DNA of 64,000 nt from Octopus vulgaris (Eukaryota). Position numbers and translations under genes: made by a program. The stretch's first letter is position 1. The number at the start of each line of letters is the position of its first letter. Below, piece after piece: positions 35,860 to 48,970 of this stretch. The stretch covers positions 36,580,001 through 36,644,000 of the forward strand of contig OX597825.1 in assembly GCA_951406725.2 (NCBI GenBank), written 5' to 3'. The notes under the pieces were generated by a model, which was not told the DNA's origin, searched no databases, and saw only the letters and a program-made list of their open reading frames with translations.

Positions 35860-38400
35860 TACTACAGTGTCAGCTGTTCACTACCAGTGAACTAAGGTAA
35901 CACCTCTTATTTTTCGAGCACCTTCCGGAGTATTCGAACGGTTCCAAGCAGTGCTGTTTTCTGCAAATGCTCCACCCTTATTGCAGCCCCTATTTGTTCC
36001 ACGAACTTCTCTAGATTTTTTGCTCACTGTTTCCAGGGCTCCGACAATTATAAGTATTACTGCTACCTTTTTCATCGACCACAACTGCTTAACTTCTCAA
36101 GCTAAACTGTTATATTTATCGACTTTTCTCTCTTCCTTATCGCATACTTTGTTATCAATTGGGCATGCTATATCTATGATCCAGCATAGATTGTTTTCAT
36201 ATGTCTGGTTTCCTATTCTCTATCTCATGGTCGCACTGAATCATAAAATCCCATAGGATCTTTGCATTTCTATTTTCGACGATGCCTTCAGGTTTGTCGT
36301 CGTACCAATTTTTTCTCTGTCAAGTCAATACTTGTTGCAGAGTGTCCAATGGACAAGCCTGGCTATATTGTCGTGGCGTCTCTTATATTCCTTCTGGGTT
36401 AGTGGCGTACATTGGCTGGTAATATGCCATACGGTTTCACTTTTTTGTCCACAGATTCTGCACTTATCACTTTCTGCTGTGTTGTCTAATCTGTATTTTA
36501 TGTAGTTTGTTCTTGGGCCGCACAGATTAAGGCCTCCGTTTCCGGTTTTAAATCACTTTTAGTCATCCACAGCCATCTATTTTTTTTCTCTGTCTGTCTT
36601 ATCTTCAACATCCCTATGAAATTGACCATGCATTATTTTCATTAGCCACCTATTTTCAGTTGCATTCGTTTTCAATTTCTTGTATAGTGCTTTATCTTTT
36701 CAATCTTTTATCCTACACAAGCCTGACTTTCTTACCTCTAATAATAGCGGTTCTGTGGCACTTTTTACATACCATGCTATGTTGTTTTCTTCTGCTCTAA
36801 TACTGTGTCCGCTTCCAATAAGTCCTCTTCTCCCTCTTTTTCTTGGTACATAATCTGTCTGTGTCACTTTTGGGGTGGAGTGACCCATATCTAGTTAGCA
36901 ACTTCCTTGTCTTTCTGTCTAAGCTGTTTAGTTAGACAGAAAGTCTACTGTCCATGCGATTACCTCTGCTCCGTATCTAAAGAGTGAAACCACCCAGGTT
37001 TTGATAGCTTCAATCTTTTTCCGTTCGTTTAATTTTAAATTTAAGGATCAGTCTCAGTCTGCGCCATTACTCCACCTTAAATTTTTCTGTCATTTCTTTC
37101 TCCATTAATTTATCCATTTCCAAAATCCCTAAGTACTTATAGTCCATCTCTTCTATCTGCTTCATAATCTCCTCTGATGGTATCGATAGCCCGTTCATAC
37201 ATTTGATTTTACTTCTCTTCAAGACTAACATTTCTTTTTATCTCGGGTTTTGTTGGAACCCCTGGATTCTTGCATGCGTAGCGGGTTTGCTTCCTGCAAC
37301 CTACGGTACCATGCTATCAGTTCTTTTCAAATATCTAATACTTTCCTGATGATTCTGGCTGTCCCAAGGAGGCAAACCTTTTGTAACAGTTCTACTGGGC
37401 ACTCTATTCTGATTTTTTTTTTATATTTCTCTTGATGCTTTCTGATATTGTCCCCAAGGACCCAACAATAACTGGCACTATATTTCAGTTTTCCCTTACC
37501 TCTTCCCATATCATACCCCAAAATTGTCTCCTGTAGTATCTAACTCAAGGGAATCATTCCCAGCACGAAGATGAGTGGGGACACACTACCCACCTGTAAG
37601 ATTCCTCTCTTGATTTTCACCTTCCCTAATACCTGATTCCCTGCTGTCTATTCAGTTCTCCAACATTTCACACTGTTCCATATAAGGCTTCTCACGTTTT
37701 TGGCTACTCCATACATTTCTAGTGTTCTCGTATTCCAGGAGTGCGGTATTATAAAATATGCTTTACTAGTCAACCTATGCCCTGCTCAGGTTTGCATATC
37801 TTCTCTTGCAGTTCACGATAGATTATCAATTAACACCTGATCTTTCGTTCCCCAGCTCCTCTTTCGGCACTCTTTATGTTCAACAGGTAGCAGCCCACTT
37901 TTTTCTAAGTATCTTACAGTTCACCAGCCAAAACACCTGACAATAGTTTCAGGAAGACATGTTATTGGTCGAAAGTTGGATGCAACATTACCCTTTTCAG
38001 GATCCTTGGCTCATAACACTGTCTTCCTCTTTGTCATCCAGCTGGGTACTGCGCTTTCCTGCAAGCACTCATCTAGCGTTTTAGCTTTTGCGCTATCCTT
38101 TCTTGGAGCAGCACTCTCAGCTTCTTCATCCAATAACCTTGAATCCCGGTCCTGGGCTCTTCCAATTTGGAAATTTTTTTAAGTGCGTTTTTTAAATCAT
38201 TTCTGTAATTATTTTTATGTCGATTTGGCCTCCTATATTTCTTAACCTATCATGGATTTCATGCAGCCACTCCGCTTCATCAATATGCTTTACAGGTTGG
38301 TCTCAGATACCACTCCAGAATGCCCAGCTTTCCTCTGCATCTGGTTTTATTGTTACGTGTAATTGTCCATCTAGTTCCTAAAACAGTTTTTGGTTAACAA
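35860..38400 (-). mobile_element. R4/Dong-like LINE remnants (at least two nested or truncated pieces; related fragment at 34930-35390)
   Basis: WSMKKVAVILIIVGAL, YKRRHDN, YVPRKRGRRGLI, LLQKVCLLGTARIIRKVL; (TAA)n flanks. Confidence 0.82.
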
Positions 38401-38450
38401 AAAAATCATCATCATCATCGTCAGTTGTAATAGTACTAGCAGCAGCAACT

Positions 38451-38495
<45 letters not shown>

Positions 38496-38522
38496 AAAAT
38501 TATCCATTTGGTTTCGTTTTAG

Positions 38523-38645
38523 AGAATTGATGGAATCTACTTTAAATTTGGGTGAAAAATTACGAAATGGAGCAAGATGGGGATTTTATGGTTTCCCCAG
38601 AATCTACAGAAAGCACCTAAACAAAACCAGAATCGACAACGACAG
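38523..38645 (+). CDS. Hyaluronidase gene B, exon 3 (not in ORF track)
   Basis: ttttAG acceptor; (R)ELMESTLNLGEKLRNGARWGFYGFPRIYRKHLNKTRIDND(R); donor GTGAGT; 123 bp. Confidence 0.93.
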
Positions 38646-38838
38646 GTGAGTATGATTTACTTGTATACTTCTTACATTCTGTTTCGTTTTGGGATTTCAT
38701 TTGCAAGATTCTTTATATGAGTTCGTGTGTTGAAGCATATTCTGTTGTGTCTGGGGAGAGTCATTTTCTCTTTGTGCCTTATAATGTAACACACTCGCCG
38801 GTAAAATTTCCACTTTTTTCTTATTTTTATTTTTTATT

Positions 38839-38885
38839 GTCCTAAAATTTTCGTTGCGTCTTGCAACCTTTTCAATAGTTTTGAC
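38839..38885 (-). ncRNA. Second hammerhead-like motif with TTGAAAA core (unrelated stems)
   Basis: Minus strand gtc(aaaa)cta-TTGAAAA-g-gttgc(aagac)gcaac-GAAA-at-TT-taggac; stem I cta/tag plus gtc/gac; palindromic AAAATTTT; one extra G before stem II. Confidence 0.5.
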
Positions 38886-39261
38886 TTTTACATTCTGTTT
38901 ACCAAAAAATAAAAACTCATGGCGTGTAAATAACGACACCCCGATATGGTGAAATGATTGTCAAACCTATCTAGAATTGCACTCTAACATGCGAAAAATA
39001 GATGGACACATTAGGTAGGTCAGTCTTCGATATACTGAAATGTCGGGAAAGCCAAACTTGGGACTTCTTAATCATGGGTTAGTTCTATTAGTGCTGAACA
39101 GACTAAAAGAGTTCCATCTGGCTCATCCTTTGTGGAGTCGAGTAGAGGGGGTGGATGAAATTATCCAAGACTACATTAACTATAGAAAGAGGGACAGGTA
39201 ACAATTACTTCTAACAAGCTGAGTGACTCCCTCGTTGGATTATTTACTATCATTCAATTGA

Positions 39262-39312
<51 letters not shown>

Positions 39313-41436
39313 CTAAGTTATCTCCCTTGAAAATTTACGTTTATTTATTTATTTACAATTAGAATGTGGCAGACAGTAACCATTCGAAAACGCATGAAAA
39401 AACTGAACTTTACTCCAACATTTTATTTTTTCATTGCACCACTTGTGACCTGGTCACAGCAATTTACATACATACATACACACACGCACATACATACATA
39501 CATACATACAGACAGACAGACAGACACACGCACATACACAAATACAAACATACGCACACATACATACACACGCACACATACATACATACATGCACACACC
39601 CATACATACATACATACATACATACATACATACATACATACATACATACACACATACATACATACATACATACATACATACATACATACATACATGGTGT
39701 CGAAAATAGATACGTTGACATAGAGGACTATCCATTCCCCCGAATAATGAATACTATCCCCTATAATTTTTGCCATTAATGCAAGCCTGTTAAGAGAAAT
39801 TGTTATCTTCTTTGAATAAATGCAAAGAAGCAACCTTTTTTGAAAAAAAAAAAAAATCGTAACCAGAATCAAACAGTGAGATTCATATCACGAGATAAAA
39901 TTACTCTACATACACCACAGTGACGAAAGAACCTGGTGTCAGCTATCGTAGATCGCGGAACTATCGAGAAAAATTCCAATTGACTTTTTAACTGAACCAA
40001 GACATATACCAGTTCTACAGAAAGACTAGGGAAGATCCTTCGAAAGGCTACATGAAGAGATTTAAAGAATATTGGTATAAAAAATATCCAACATTGTCAA
40101 ATTTTTCAGAAAAACTGTTACACCAGCAAGCTACAGTTGTTGCAAAGAAATATGTCACCTTACCAAAACGCACGAATGATAACACTCGCATTAGCTACAC
40201 AACCAACTTTTTCCGCGAAGAGACTGTGAACGACAAGAAACACGACTAAGACGAACACAACAATAACAAACCGCCACCACTACACAGATTCGTGGGAACT
40301 ACTTATGATCCAACGGAAACCATTCAGAAATATTGAAGTTTGAACAGAATTTTATAACTTATATACATAAGGCACTGCACGAGAGAACATTACCGACACG
40401 ACTTGGGAAAAACTCCACCTCGTGTTATCGGCGGTCCACGAAATTGCCAGAGAACAAGCAGCTCAAATCCTAACTCCCAGCTTTTGGACAATAAATGTAG
40501 CAGCAGCAGCAGCAGTAGCAGCAGTAGTAGCAGTAGTAGTAGTAGTAGTAGTAGCAGTAGTGGCTCAAGTTTGAAGAGAAGAGGTAAATCGATTTTATTG
40601 ACCCCCAGTACTTGACTTATTTTATCGGCTCCGAAACGATGAAAGCTAAAATTGACCTTGGCGGCATTTGAACTCAGAACATCGGAAGAATGAATTGGGA
40701 GAAATGCCGTTGAGAATTTTATCATGCATGGAGACAATTCTGTCTTGATGGTTTGCAAGTTTTGGCACTAGGCCAGTAATATCTGGGCAGGAGGTAAGTC
40801 GATTTCATCGACCGAAATGTTCAACTGGTATTTATTTTATCGACCCCGAAAGGATGTCAGGCAAAGTCGACCTCGGCGGAATTTGAACTCAGAACATAAA
40901 GACAGACGAAATGCCGCTAATTTGCCCGGCGCGCTAACGATTCTACCAGCTCGTCGCTTTCGCTGTCTTAATAGTAAAGTTAGCAATAAATAATACACGA
41001 GTTACCTCCCATCCAACAGCTTAACATTCAAAGAAGCTAACAAGCTTTTATTCATTCATTCATTTAGTCTGCAACTGATCAAGATGCGAGCAGTTACCAT
41101 TATTTCGAAATACAAATGGAAACAATTTTACAGAGCATTGTTTTATTTCCCTCAATTTATTCATTTACCTATTTGGTCATTTGGTTATTTAATCATTCAA
41201 CGCCATAATTATGAAGGTGGATCATAGAAATATGCAGAATGTGAAACAAGAAAGACGTGGCTGTATGCGCCGGCGTGGCTGTGTAGTAAGAAGCGTGTTT
41301 CCCAACAACATGCTTTGGGGGTTCAGTCTCATTGCGTGGCGCCTTGGGCAATGTCTTCTAATATAGCCTCGGGCTGACCAAGGCTGGCCTTGTGTGTGAT
41401 TTTGGTAGACGAAAATTGAAAGAAGCCCGTCATGTG

Positions 41437-41498
<62 letters not shown>

Positions 41499-41504
41499 TT
41501 TATA

Positions 41505-42728
41505 TTGGGTGTCCCAGAATTAAGGCAACAAACTTTTTTTTTTTTGTCAAAGCAAAATATTGTTATATTTCGGGTCCGTGCGTTACAATGCAATGGTAAA
41601 GGAAACACAATTATGACACTACCACATTTGTTTGATATGACCACCTCGAATCACAGCTTTAAGTCTCGGTGCGAATGCTTCATACGCTGCACGCAGCTGT
41701 TCTTGCGGTATCGATGCCCACTCCTGCCGCAGTTTTGCCTTCAGAGCGTCGAGTGAATCATGAGGAGTGCTCAGGACCCTCGTCTCCAAAATGGACCAAA
41801 CAGAAAAATCCAACGGGTTGAGATCGGGGCTTCTTCAGGGTCATACATCCTTGCCTATGAACGACGGAATGTTTTTCTGAATCAAGTGTTGTGTCTGGAG
41901 ATGTGAAATGGTGACAAGTCTTGTTGGAGGCTGCAAGTGATCGTTCGTCCATTGAAGCAGTTCAGCTTCCAGACTGTCGCTAATGTGTCACTGGTGTTAA
42001 TTCTAACACTCGAGGTCACAAAAACTGGGTGAGACCTTGCAGTGACTACCACAGCCGTCCAAATCATAACTGATTGTGGATTTTGACGTTGATTTACCAG
42101 TCGATTTACCCTTCCACGGAACCAAGTACACTTAAAAGTCGGTCATTCTGGTGGTTTACTGGCTGGTTGATGTCAAATTTCTTTTCATCAGTGAACACAA
42201 GGTTGGGCAGCGTACCTCCAGCAATTTGACGCAGGATAAGACAACTTCTCTCCACTCTCATGGCCTTATAAACTTGCGTGAGCTCATGACGACGGATAAT
42301 GGTGGGGCCTGAGAGCCTCCTTTGTTCAGTTTATTTTTGCTGTGGCAGCCAGTTTTCTGACAGAACGGCGAGGATTTTGCCGTATCTTTTCTTTAGTACT
42401 ATTGATAAGCTGAGAGATTCACACATTTCTTTTTCGGCCACATCCAGGTCGACCAGTCTCTTCAAATTTCTTGACAATTTTCCAGACTGTTCGGTTGATT
42501 TTAAGCTTTTATGCTATAGCTGTATTACTTTCGCCTCTTTTCTGGAAGGTTGAGATTGTATTTTGGTGTATAGCCATTATCTAATTTATAAATCTGAATT
42601 TATTTAGTCTGAAGCAAAAAGAAGACACACTAAATTTTTATAATGATGTATCATTTTCATATCTTATCACATTCATTGATAGTTATTAAAGCCCAAAACT
42701 TCGGTTGCCTTTAATTCGGGACACCCTG
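41505..42728 (-). mobile_element. Full-length degenerate Tc1/mariner transposon (probably DD37D/maT-like)
   Basis: TIRs GGGTGTCCC(A)GAATTAA(A)GGCAAC, TA flanks; FTDEKKF, QQD, SPDLNPLDFSVWSILE. Confidence 0.88.
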
Positions 42729-43400
42729 TATATGTGTGTGTGCGCGAGCGCGTGTTTGTCTTCCACCTCTGATTGACAACCGGTGCTGGTGCTCGACAAA
42801 AGACATCCGGTAAAATAAATATCAGGCTTTAAAAGAAAAAGTACAGTGGTCGATGCACACGACTAAAAATTCTTCAAGGTGGTGCCTCAGCATGAGCGTA
42901 GTCTAATGACTAAAACAAATAAATTTTTTTTTAAATAATTGTTTATTCGATACGGGTTTACAGGGACGTAAACACACCAACATCGGTTTCAGTTTTCGTC
43001 TACCAATTCCACTCACAAGGCTCGGGTCGACCTGAGGCTATAGTAGAAGATACTTGCCCAAGATGTAATGCAGTGGGACTGAGCCCGGAACCATATGGTT
43101 ATGAACAAGGGGCTACACACAGAGGGGACAAACGGATTAAGTCGATTATATCGACCTCAGTGCGTAACTGGTACTTATTTAATCGACCTCGAAAGGATGA
43201 AAGGCAAAGTCGACCTCGGCGGAATTTGAACTCAGAACGTAGCGGCAGACGAAATCGCTAAGCATTTCGCCCGGCGTGCTAATGTTTCTGCCAGCTCACA
43301 GCATCTTACCACACAGTCACGCCTGTATAAAAATATAAAATTCTGATCTTTATTTTCACCATAATGTAGTGAAACGCTTTATTCATTCATGTTTTTACAG

Positions 43401-43611
43401 GCTTGACTGGTTATTTTCTTCAAGTACTGGATTATATCCATCAATCTATCTGCACTCTAAATACGACTCTTGGCAGAAGAAATACAATTTTGTTACGAAT
43501 ACTTTAAACGAAACCTTTCGAATATATGACAAATTTTGTTTACGAAATAAAACAATCGTGGTGCCCTATGCCAGATTTCGATACACGAAACCTGAAGTCT
43601 TTTACGTGAAG
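43401..43611 (+). CDS. Hyaluronidase gene B, exon 4
   Basis: ttttacAG acceptor; LDWLFSSSTGLYPSIYLHSK...PYARFRYTKPEVFYVK; donor GTTCGT; 211 bp. Confidence 0.94.
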
Positions 43612-43689
43612 GTTCGTATATTTTCCTAACTTCTTTCAGTTTTACATCTACCTTCTTTCTTTCTGTTTTCATTGTCCTCTCATTTCCGT

Positions 43690-43960
43690 TTTCCTTTTTA
43701 TATTTTTGCACGCTCAGAATTACTGAAGCATGGAATAAACTACCTGCATCAGTTGTTAGCTGTTGACACACTACATCCTTCAAAACTTTCATGCCTCCTA
43801 AAATTCGTCAACAGCACACCAGACGTTCCCCTCACCTCCCCCATTTTTCTTTTTGCAGATGTCACTTCCTGTACATATTTTACGTACTGTTCACGCAGTT
43901 TTTGTTACTTTTTCTGAAGAGTTGTAGTGAACCTGTGCACTGTATACAATAAGTTCTTTA
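43690..43960 (+). mobile_element. CR1/L2-like LINE 3' tail in intron 4 of gene B
   Basis: WNKLPASVV motif followed by a 3' UTR-like tail. Confidence 0.5.
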
Positions 43961-44021
43961 TTATATTATTATATCCTTGTTTGTTTACTTTTATATATAC
44001 TATATTTTTCTTTTATTCCAG

Positions 44022-44462
44022 AATGAACTAATGCTTTCCTTATTACTACCAGCTACAATAGGCAGCGCTGGTGTAGTTCTTTGGGACAGTTCATTGGATT
44101 TTAGAAACCAAAGACATTGCCAACTTATGAAAAATTATCTAACCACAACCCTGGGGCCTTTTGTTAAAAGGTTGACCGAAACTTTCCAATTTTGCAGCGA
44201 GAGTTTGTGTAACGGTAATGGTCGCTGCGTGCAGCCACCGGAGACAATCAATGGCAGGTTTCGGGATGTAAGGAAGATAAATACCATAGGCTACTACAAG
44301 AGAAAATATTTTGAGAGGCAAGAATTTAAAATTCTCCTCAGGATGATGAACAATGATGTGTCACATACATTCGAAAGAGATATCAAAAAAACGTTTGCTT
44401 GTAAATGTTACTTAGGGTGGAAAGGGAAACATTGTCAATTCCACCAACGTTCATTTCAATAG
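44022..44462 (+). CDS. Hyaluronidase gene B, last exon with HyalEGF-like domain; spliced CDS 1317 nt = 438 aa + stop
   Basis: ttccAG acceptor; NELMLSLLLPATIGSAGVVLWDSS...CSESLCNGNGRC...CKCYLGWKGKHC; stop TAG; exon lengths 297+245+123+211+441 keep frame. Confidence 0.95.
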   Translation, partial: NELMLSLLLPATIGSAGVVLWDSSLDFRNQRHCQLMKNYLTTTLGPFVKRLTETFQFCSESLCNGNGRCVQPPETINGRFRDVRKINTIGYYKRKYFERQEFKILLRMMNNDVSHTFERDIKKTFACKCYLGWKGKHCQFHQRSFQ

Positions 44463-44610
44463 ATTTTAGACCTCAATACAGTTCTCTTGCTTTTATGGCA
44501 GTAGTATAGTGCATACATTCAAATTTAACTAAAAGTACATACGTATCTATCTATCTATCATCTGTCTGACTGTCTTGCTCATCACATCTTATGTTTAATA
44601 ATTGACCTTT

Positions 44611-44627
44611 AATAAAGTGATAATAAA
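44611..44627 (+). promoter_or_regulatory. Candidate polyadenylation signals of gene B
   Basis: Two AATAAA hexamers about 150 nt after the stop codon; the AT-rich background lowers specificity. Confidence 0.5.
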
Positions 44628-47600
44628 TTTTTTTAAAAAGGCTAATATTTTCTGAATTAATTATTGCAAACTATATAATTAAAGCATAAATATTTAAAGT
44701 TTCATATAAGAGTTCCGTCTGGAAATAGTGACTTTGGAATTTATAATAGAAAAAAAAACATACAGAGAGAAGGGGTGGGGTTTATTATGATTTCCATGCT
44801 GGCTTCTATGAATCTGTTTTTCTTCCCAACCAACACTTGAAGTTGTTCAAAGACTAACATTTTGGTCTGGTAGTCCTTTAAGAAAACATCAAGAATTTTG
44901 TGGAAACATCTTTGACGATTTCCTCTTCGTGTGTCTCTGTGTAAGTCCATGTATCACATTCATACAATTCATAAAAAACAGCAACATGAAATAAAATGCA
45001 GGGTTTTGATCAGATCTGTAGAATAACTGGGTCATTAACAAATACATATCTTGTTTGGTTGAAAAATAAAAACTAAAAGGTAACAAATAGTGATCAAAAA
45101 TAGACTGACTCAATAATTATTCTGTGTATCAGAATTTGCATTTATTTATTTATTTATTTATTGTTTTTGGCCTGTAAGTGCTATTTTCTATTTGCTTCTA
45201 TCTAGAAATCAAAAGAAATTAGTACTATTCCCTTTAAACATTGCTTTTGTGACCTGAACATCAATATTTTAAAACTGACCAATATTCCATCACATTTCAG
45301 ACATATTCAGCACTGAGCTGCTGAAGCAGAAATATCGTTATAACAAATATTCTACTCAATGTCACCGATTTGCTTGTCAGTTGTTTGTCTCTTAGTGGCT
45401 AACAATATGTGCATGTCTGATCATGATCAGAGCCATGTGGTGAGAGGGATTCTTTGGGGTTTGAATAAATGTAACAAAAGCAAAGTTGGAAGGAAATAGC
45501 CGTTTTTCACACTTTCTAGAGGTAAGCAAATAGGAAATAACTGATGCTATCCAAGAACAAAAATCGTGTTACACACTGTGTTTGTAAGATGTTAACTGAG
45601 AAGGGAATATTGGACTGAAAGCTCTGTGTCTCTACTCTCTTGAACGCTGAAGTGAGATATATATATATATAATATCATATACGTATGGAAAATATCAAAG
45701 GGGCATCTTCCAAATTTCGGCATTAGAGAGAATTCTAATGCACAAACTGTTAGATACTGTCAGTCTCCAAATATATTGGCGAAGGTGTGGCTCTGTGGTC
45801 AGAAGTTTGCTTCCCAACCACATGGTTTTTGGTTTAGTCCCACTCCGTGGTACCTTGGGCAAGTGTCGTGTGTGTGTGTGTTTGTCCATCACCGACCCAC
45901 TGCTTGACAACGAGTGTTGGTGTGTTTATGTCCCCGTAACTTGGAGGTTCGGGGAAAAAGACCAGGCTTTAAATAAAAAGGAATAAAATAAGTTCTGGGG
46001 TCGATTCGCATGACTAAAGTTCTTCAAAGTAGTGCCCCAGCATGACCGCCATCAAAATAACTGAAACAAGTAAAAAGATTTTAAAAAAAGGAAAAGAAAA
46101 ATATACTACTTTTGAAATCATGAGCAAAAATAATTTACTGGACTAGTCTGATATTCAGAAGTTCTCAATTGTTTCAACTGCCTCCCAAAGAAATCATAAA
46201 TTTAAAACGGACTTCTACTAAATCCACCAGAAAAAAAACATTGGAAAAACTCCTACCGACAATACTGGACCAGCTAACAATTTAAGGATACACAGGATAG
46301 ATCAGCTGCTAAAAACTCCATTTCTCTTCCTTCCTTCCTTCCCCCTCCTCCTCTCTTTCTCGTTTCCTCTCTGTTTATCTGTGTGAGGATCTAGTTATGC
46401 TTGTATGTATGTGTAATGTCTCTTTCCCTCCCTCGTTCTGTCTGTATGTGTAGATTTCTGCGTGTGCATGCATGCGTATATTTACTTTCAGTACCCAAAC
46501 GTACGATCTCGAAAAGAAGCTGAATATCTTGTCAGCTGTGCCAAATCGTTTCATTCCCGTAAAGAATGCCTCAGACCGAAACGGACAAAGAGGTAGGGAA
46601 AAACAAATAAAAAAAATTCAGACGCAAACTGCAGAAATGTGATGGGAGCCACTTAGCTTGATTTGAATGTTGGCTTTAAAACTAGAAAAAGCAGAATTTA
46701 TAATTAGGTTAGGGTCTCACTTATGTAATATAATGAGTTGATAAACTACTACGGTTTTCTAAGCAAACAGTAGATAAAAATTCCGTTTAAGAGTATTACA
46801 AAATCTAAAATGTAAAACGATGCAAGGGAGATAACTACAGTTATTAGCCGGTTGGAAATTTTAGACAGAAAATACAAACTGGGATAGGCGAGCGGTTTCT
46901 TTAGCGAGACATATGCTAACCTCACTGGCAAGACAATCAGTGGTCAATACAAAAAGAAATAGAAGGAATATAGCAACCTTGATTATGATTATCAAAAGAA
47001 TGTGACCGAAAGGAAACTAGCTTAGAGAAGCATTGTGTACACTAAATACAAATATTGTAGCTACCCAGGATGGGAGATGTTCTGCATAACCCTGCACAGA
47101 AGAGTACAGTTTTCTAGGTTTTTTTTAAAACTTTTGCTGTTACGAATAAATGACTATGATGGATGTAGACGAATCCCAAACAAAGAGAGAGAGAGTGAGT
47201 AGGGGTTTGGTTGAAATTTTAAGCAAGCGCTATCCTTGACAGTAGCAACATGCAGACGCGCGCAGGAGTGAGCTGTGTAGTTAAGAAACTTGTTTTGCGA
47301 CAAGTGTCTTCTACTATAAGCATTGCGCTGACCAAATTCGACCGTTTACTTCGAGAACCCTAGTAGTCATGCAGCCAAACCACCACTGCATTTTTATGGA
47401 GCCACATATTGACCTCTCACTCGCCATACATGTCTGCTGCCGAAAACTGAAGCAGACTGCGATCAGGTTCTGACAAACCTTTTTTCCATAAAACGATGTG
47501 TAAAGTTTCCAGTAAGTTGGATCCCTTCTCTTTCAGCTTCATCATTGTTTCAGTAGCCCCTTCGCTGGTCAATAACTTATCTATCAAATGTTAGAACGAA

Positions 47601-48434
47601 TAAATGGCTTCGATGGATGTAGAAGACTATAACAAACGTTACCGTTTCAACTTCAAGCAAGCATTATCCTTACTGGTAGTATCGCACGCGCATACACACA
47701 CAATAGCTTTCTTTCAGTTTCCATCTCTCAAATCCACTCACAAGTCTTTGGTCAGCCTGAGGCTAAAGTAAAAGACACTTCCCCAAGTTGCCATGCAGTG
47801 GGACTGAACCCAAAACCATGTGATTGGGAGGCAAGCTTCTAACCACACAACCAAGCCTGTTTACTTTCTTTTCTAAAATTTTCCATTTTAGGAAATAAAG
47901 TACAGTACAGATACTTCAGAAATGTAACATTGTTAGTACTTCATTCTGAAGATTAGAATCCCTCTTTGGGGTCAACAATAATTCTGATTCTTTACATACA
48001 AGATCAGGTGCTGTTTCTCTACAAGGCTCAAATGTGATTCATGCCATCACATCGGAGTACTGATCTGAAATAATGTTGCTGCTTCCCACACAAACATTTG
48101 GCACATAACCAACCAAAAATATGGTACATCCACCAGTGAACAGTTTCTTTTCTTTGCTTCTCTTTTCTACTTCTATAAAGCATCTACGTTTCTGAATCTA
48201 ACGATTCTCTAATACACTTGTCTCCTCTCCCTTTCTTCTTATCTTAAATATCACAGTGGTGCGTCTTCCTCTTTCCGTCCACATCCAGTTTTCTTCTTCT
48301 TTTGTCTTGTAGACATTGATGCAAACAGATATGAAATTAATTTTTATGACATCGATAAAACTATTCTGAGAAGGAACGCAAAATGTTAATGGGCTCTGCC
48401 CCTCAACCACCGACTAAATAAAACATGTATAAGC

Positions 48435-48610
48435 AAAGCACCCACTACACTCACGGAGTGGTTGGTGTTAGGAAGGGCATCCAGCCGTAGAAACACTGCC
48501 AGATTTGACTGGGCCTGATGAAGCCTTCTGGCTTCACAGACCCCAGTAGAGCCGTCCAACCCATGCTAGCATGGAAAACGGACGCTAAACGATGATGATG
48601 ATGATGATGA
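48435..48610 (+). mobile_element. SINE family 4 with (GAT)n tail; copies near 49190-49410, 60780-60970, 55370-55475(-), 59900-60060(-)
   Basis: Shared GGAGTGGTTGG...GGAAGGGCATCCAGC...CCGTCCAACCCATGC...GATGATGAT. Confidence 0.75.
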
Positions 48611-48921
48611 TATAGTTTGTCAGATGATGAAAACCGGTGTTAGTGTGTTTGTGTCCCTGTAACATAGTAGTTTGGCAAAAGAGACCAATAGAATAAGTAC
48701 TAGGCTTTAAAAATAAGTCCTGTGGTTGATTTGTTCAACTAAAATTCTTTAAGGAGGTGCTTCAGAATGGCCACAGTCAAATGACTAAAACAAATAAAAG
48801 AATATATATATGTATGTGTAAATATATATATATATGAGTGAGTCTACAAATGAAGGAAAGGGCGCTCAACACATTTATTTGGAGTTACATGTATTGTTCA
48901 AAACAGTTTGATTCAGATTCT

Positions 48922-48970
48922 AGGCTATTTCAAGTTTCGAAGCCCCTAATAGGGCTTCTCCTCAAGCTGG
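48922..48970 (-). ncRNA. Degenerate hammerhead-like motif
   Basis: Minus strand ccagc-TTGAGGA-gaagccc(tattag)gggcttc-GAAA-cttgaaa-TA-gcct; perfect 7-bp stem II but weak stems I and III. Confidence 0.35.

Noticed and set aside
44741-45113. Short minus-strand ORFs after gene B
   Set aside because: At best a highly decayed GIY-YIG/PLE remnant; too weak to call
46540-46585. Minus-strand CTGAGGC-attc...gaat-GAAA
   Set aside because: A9 is missing and there is no stem I
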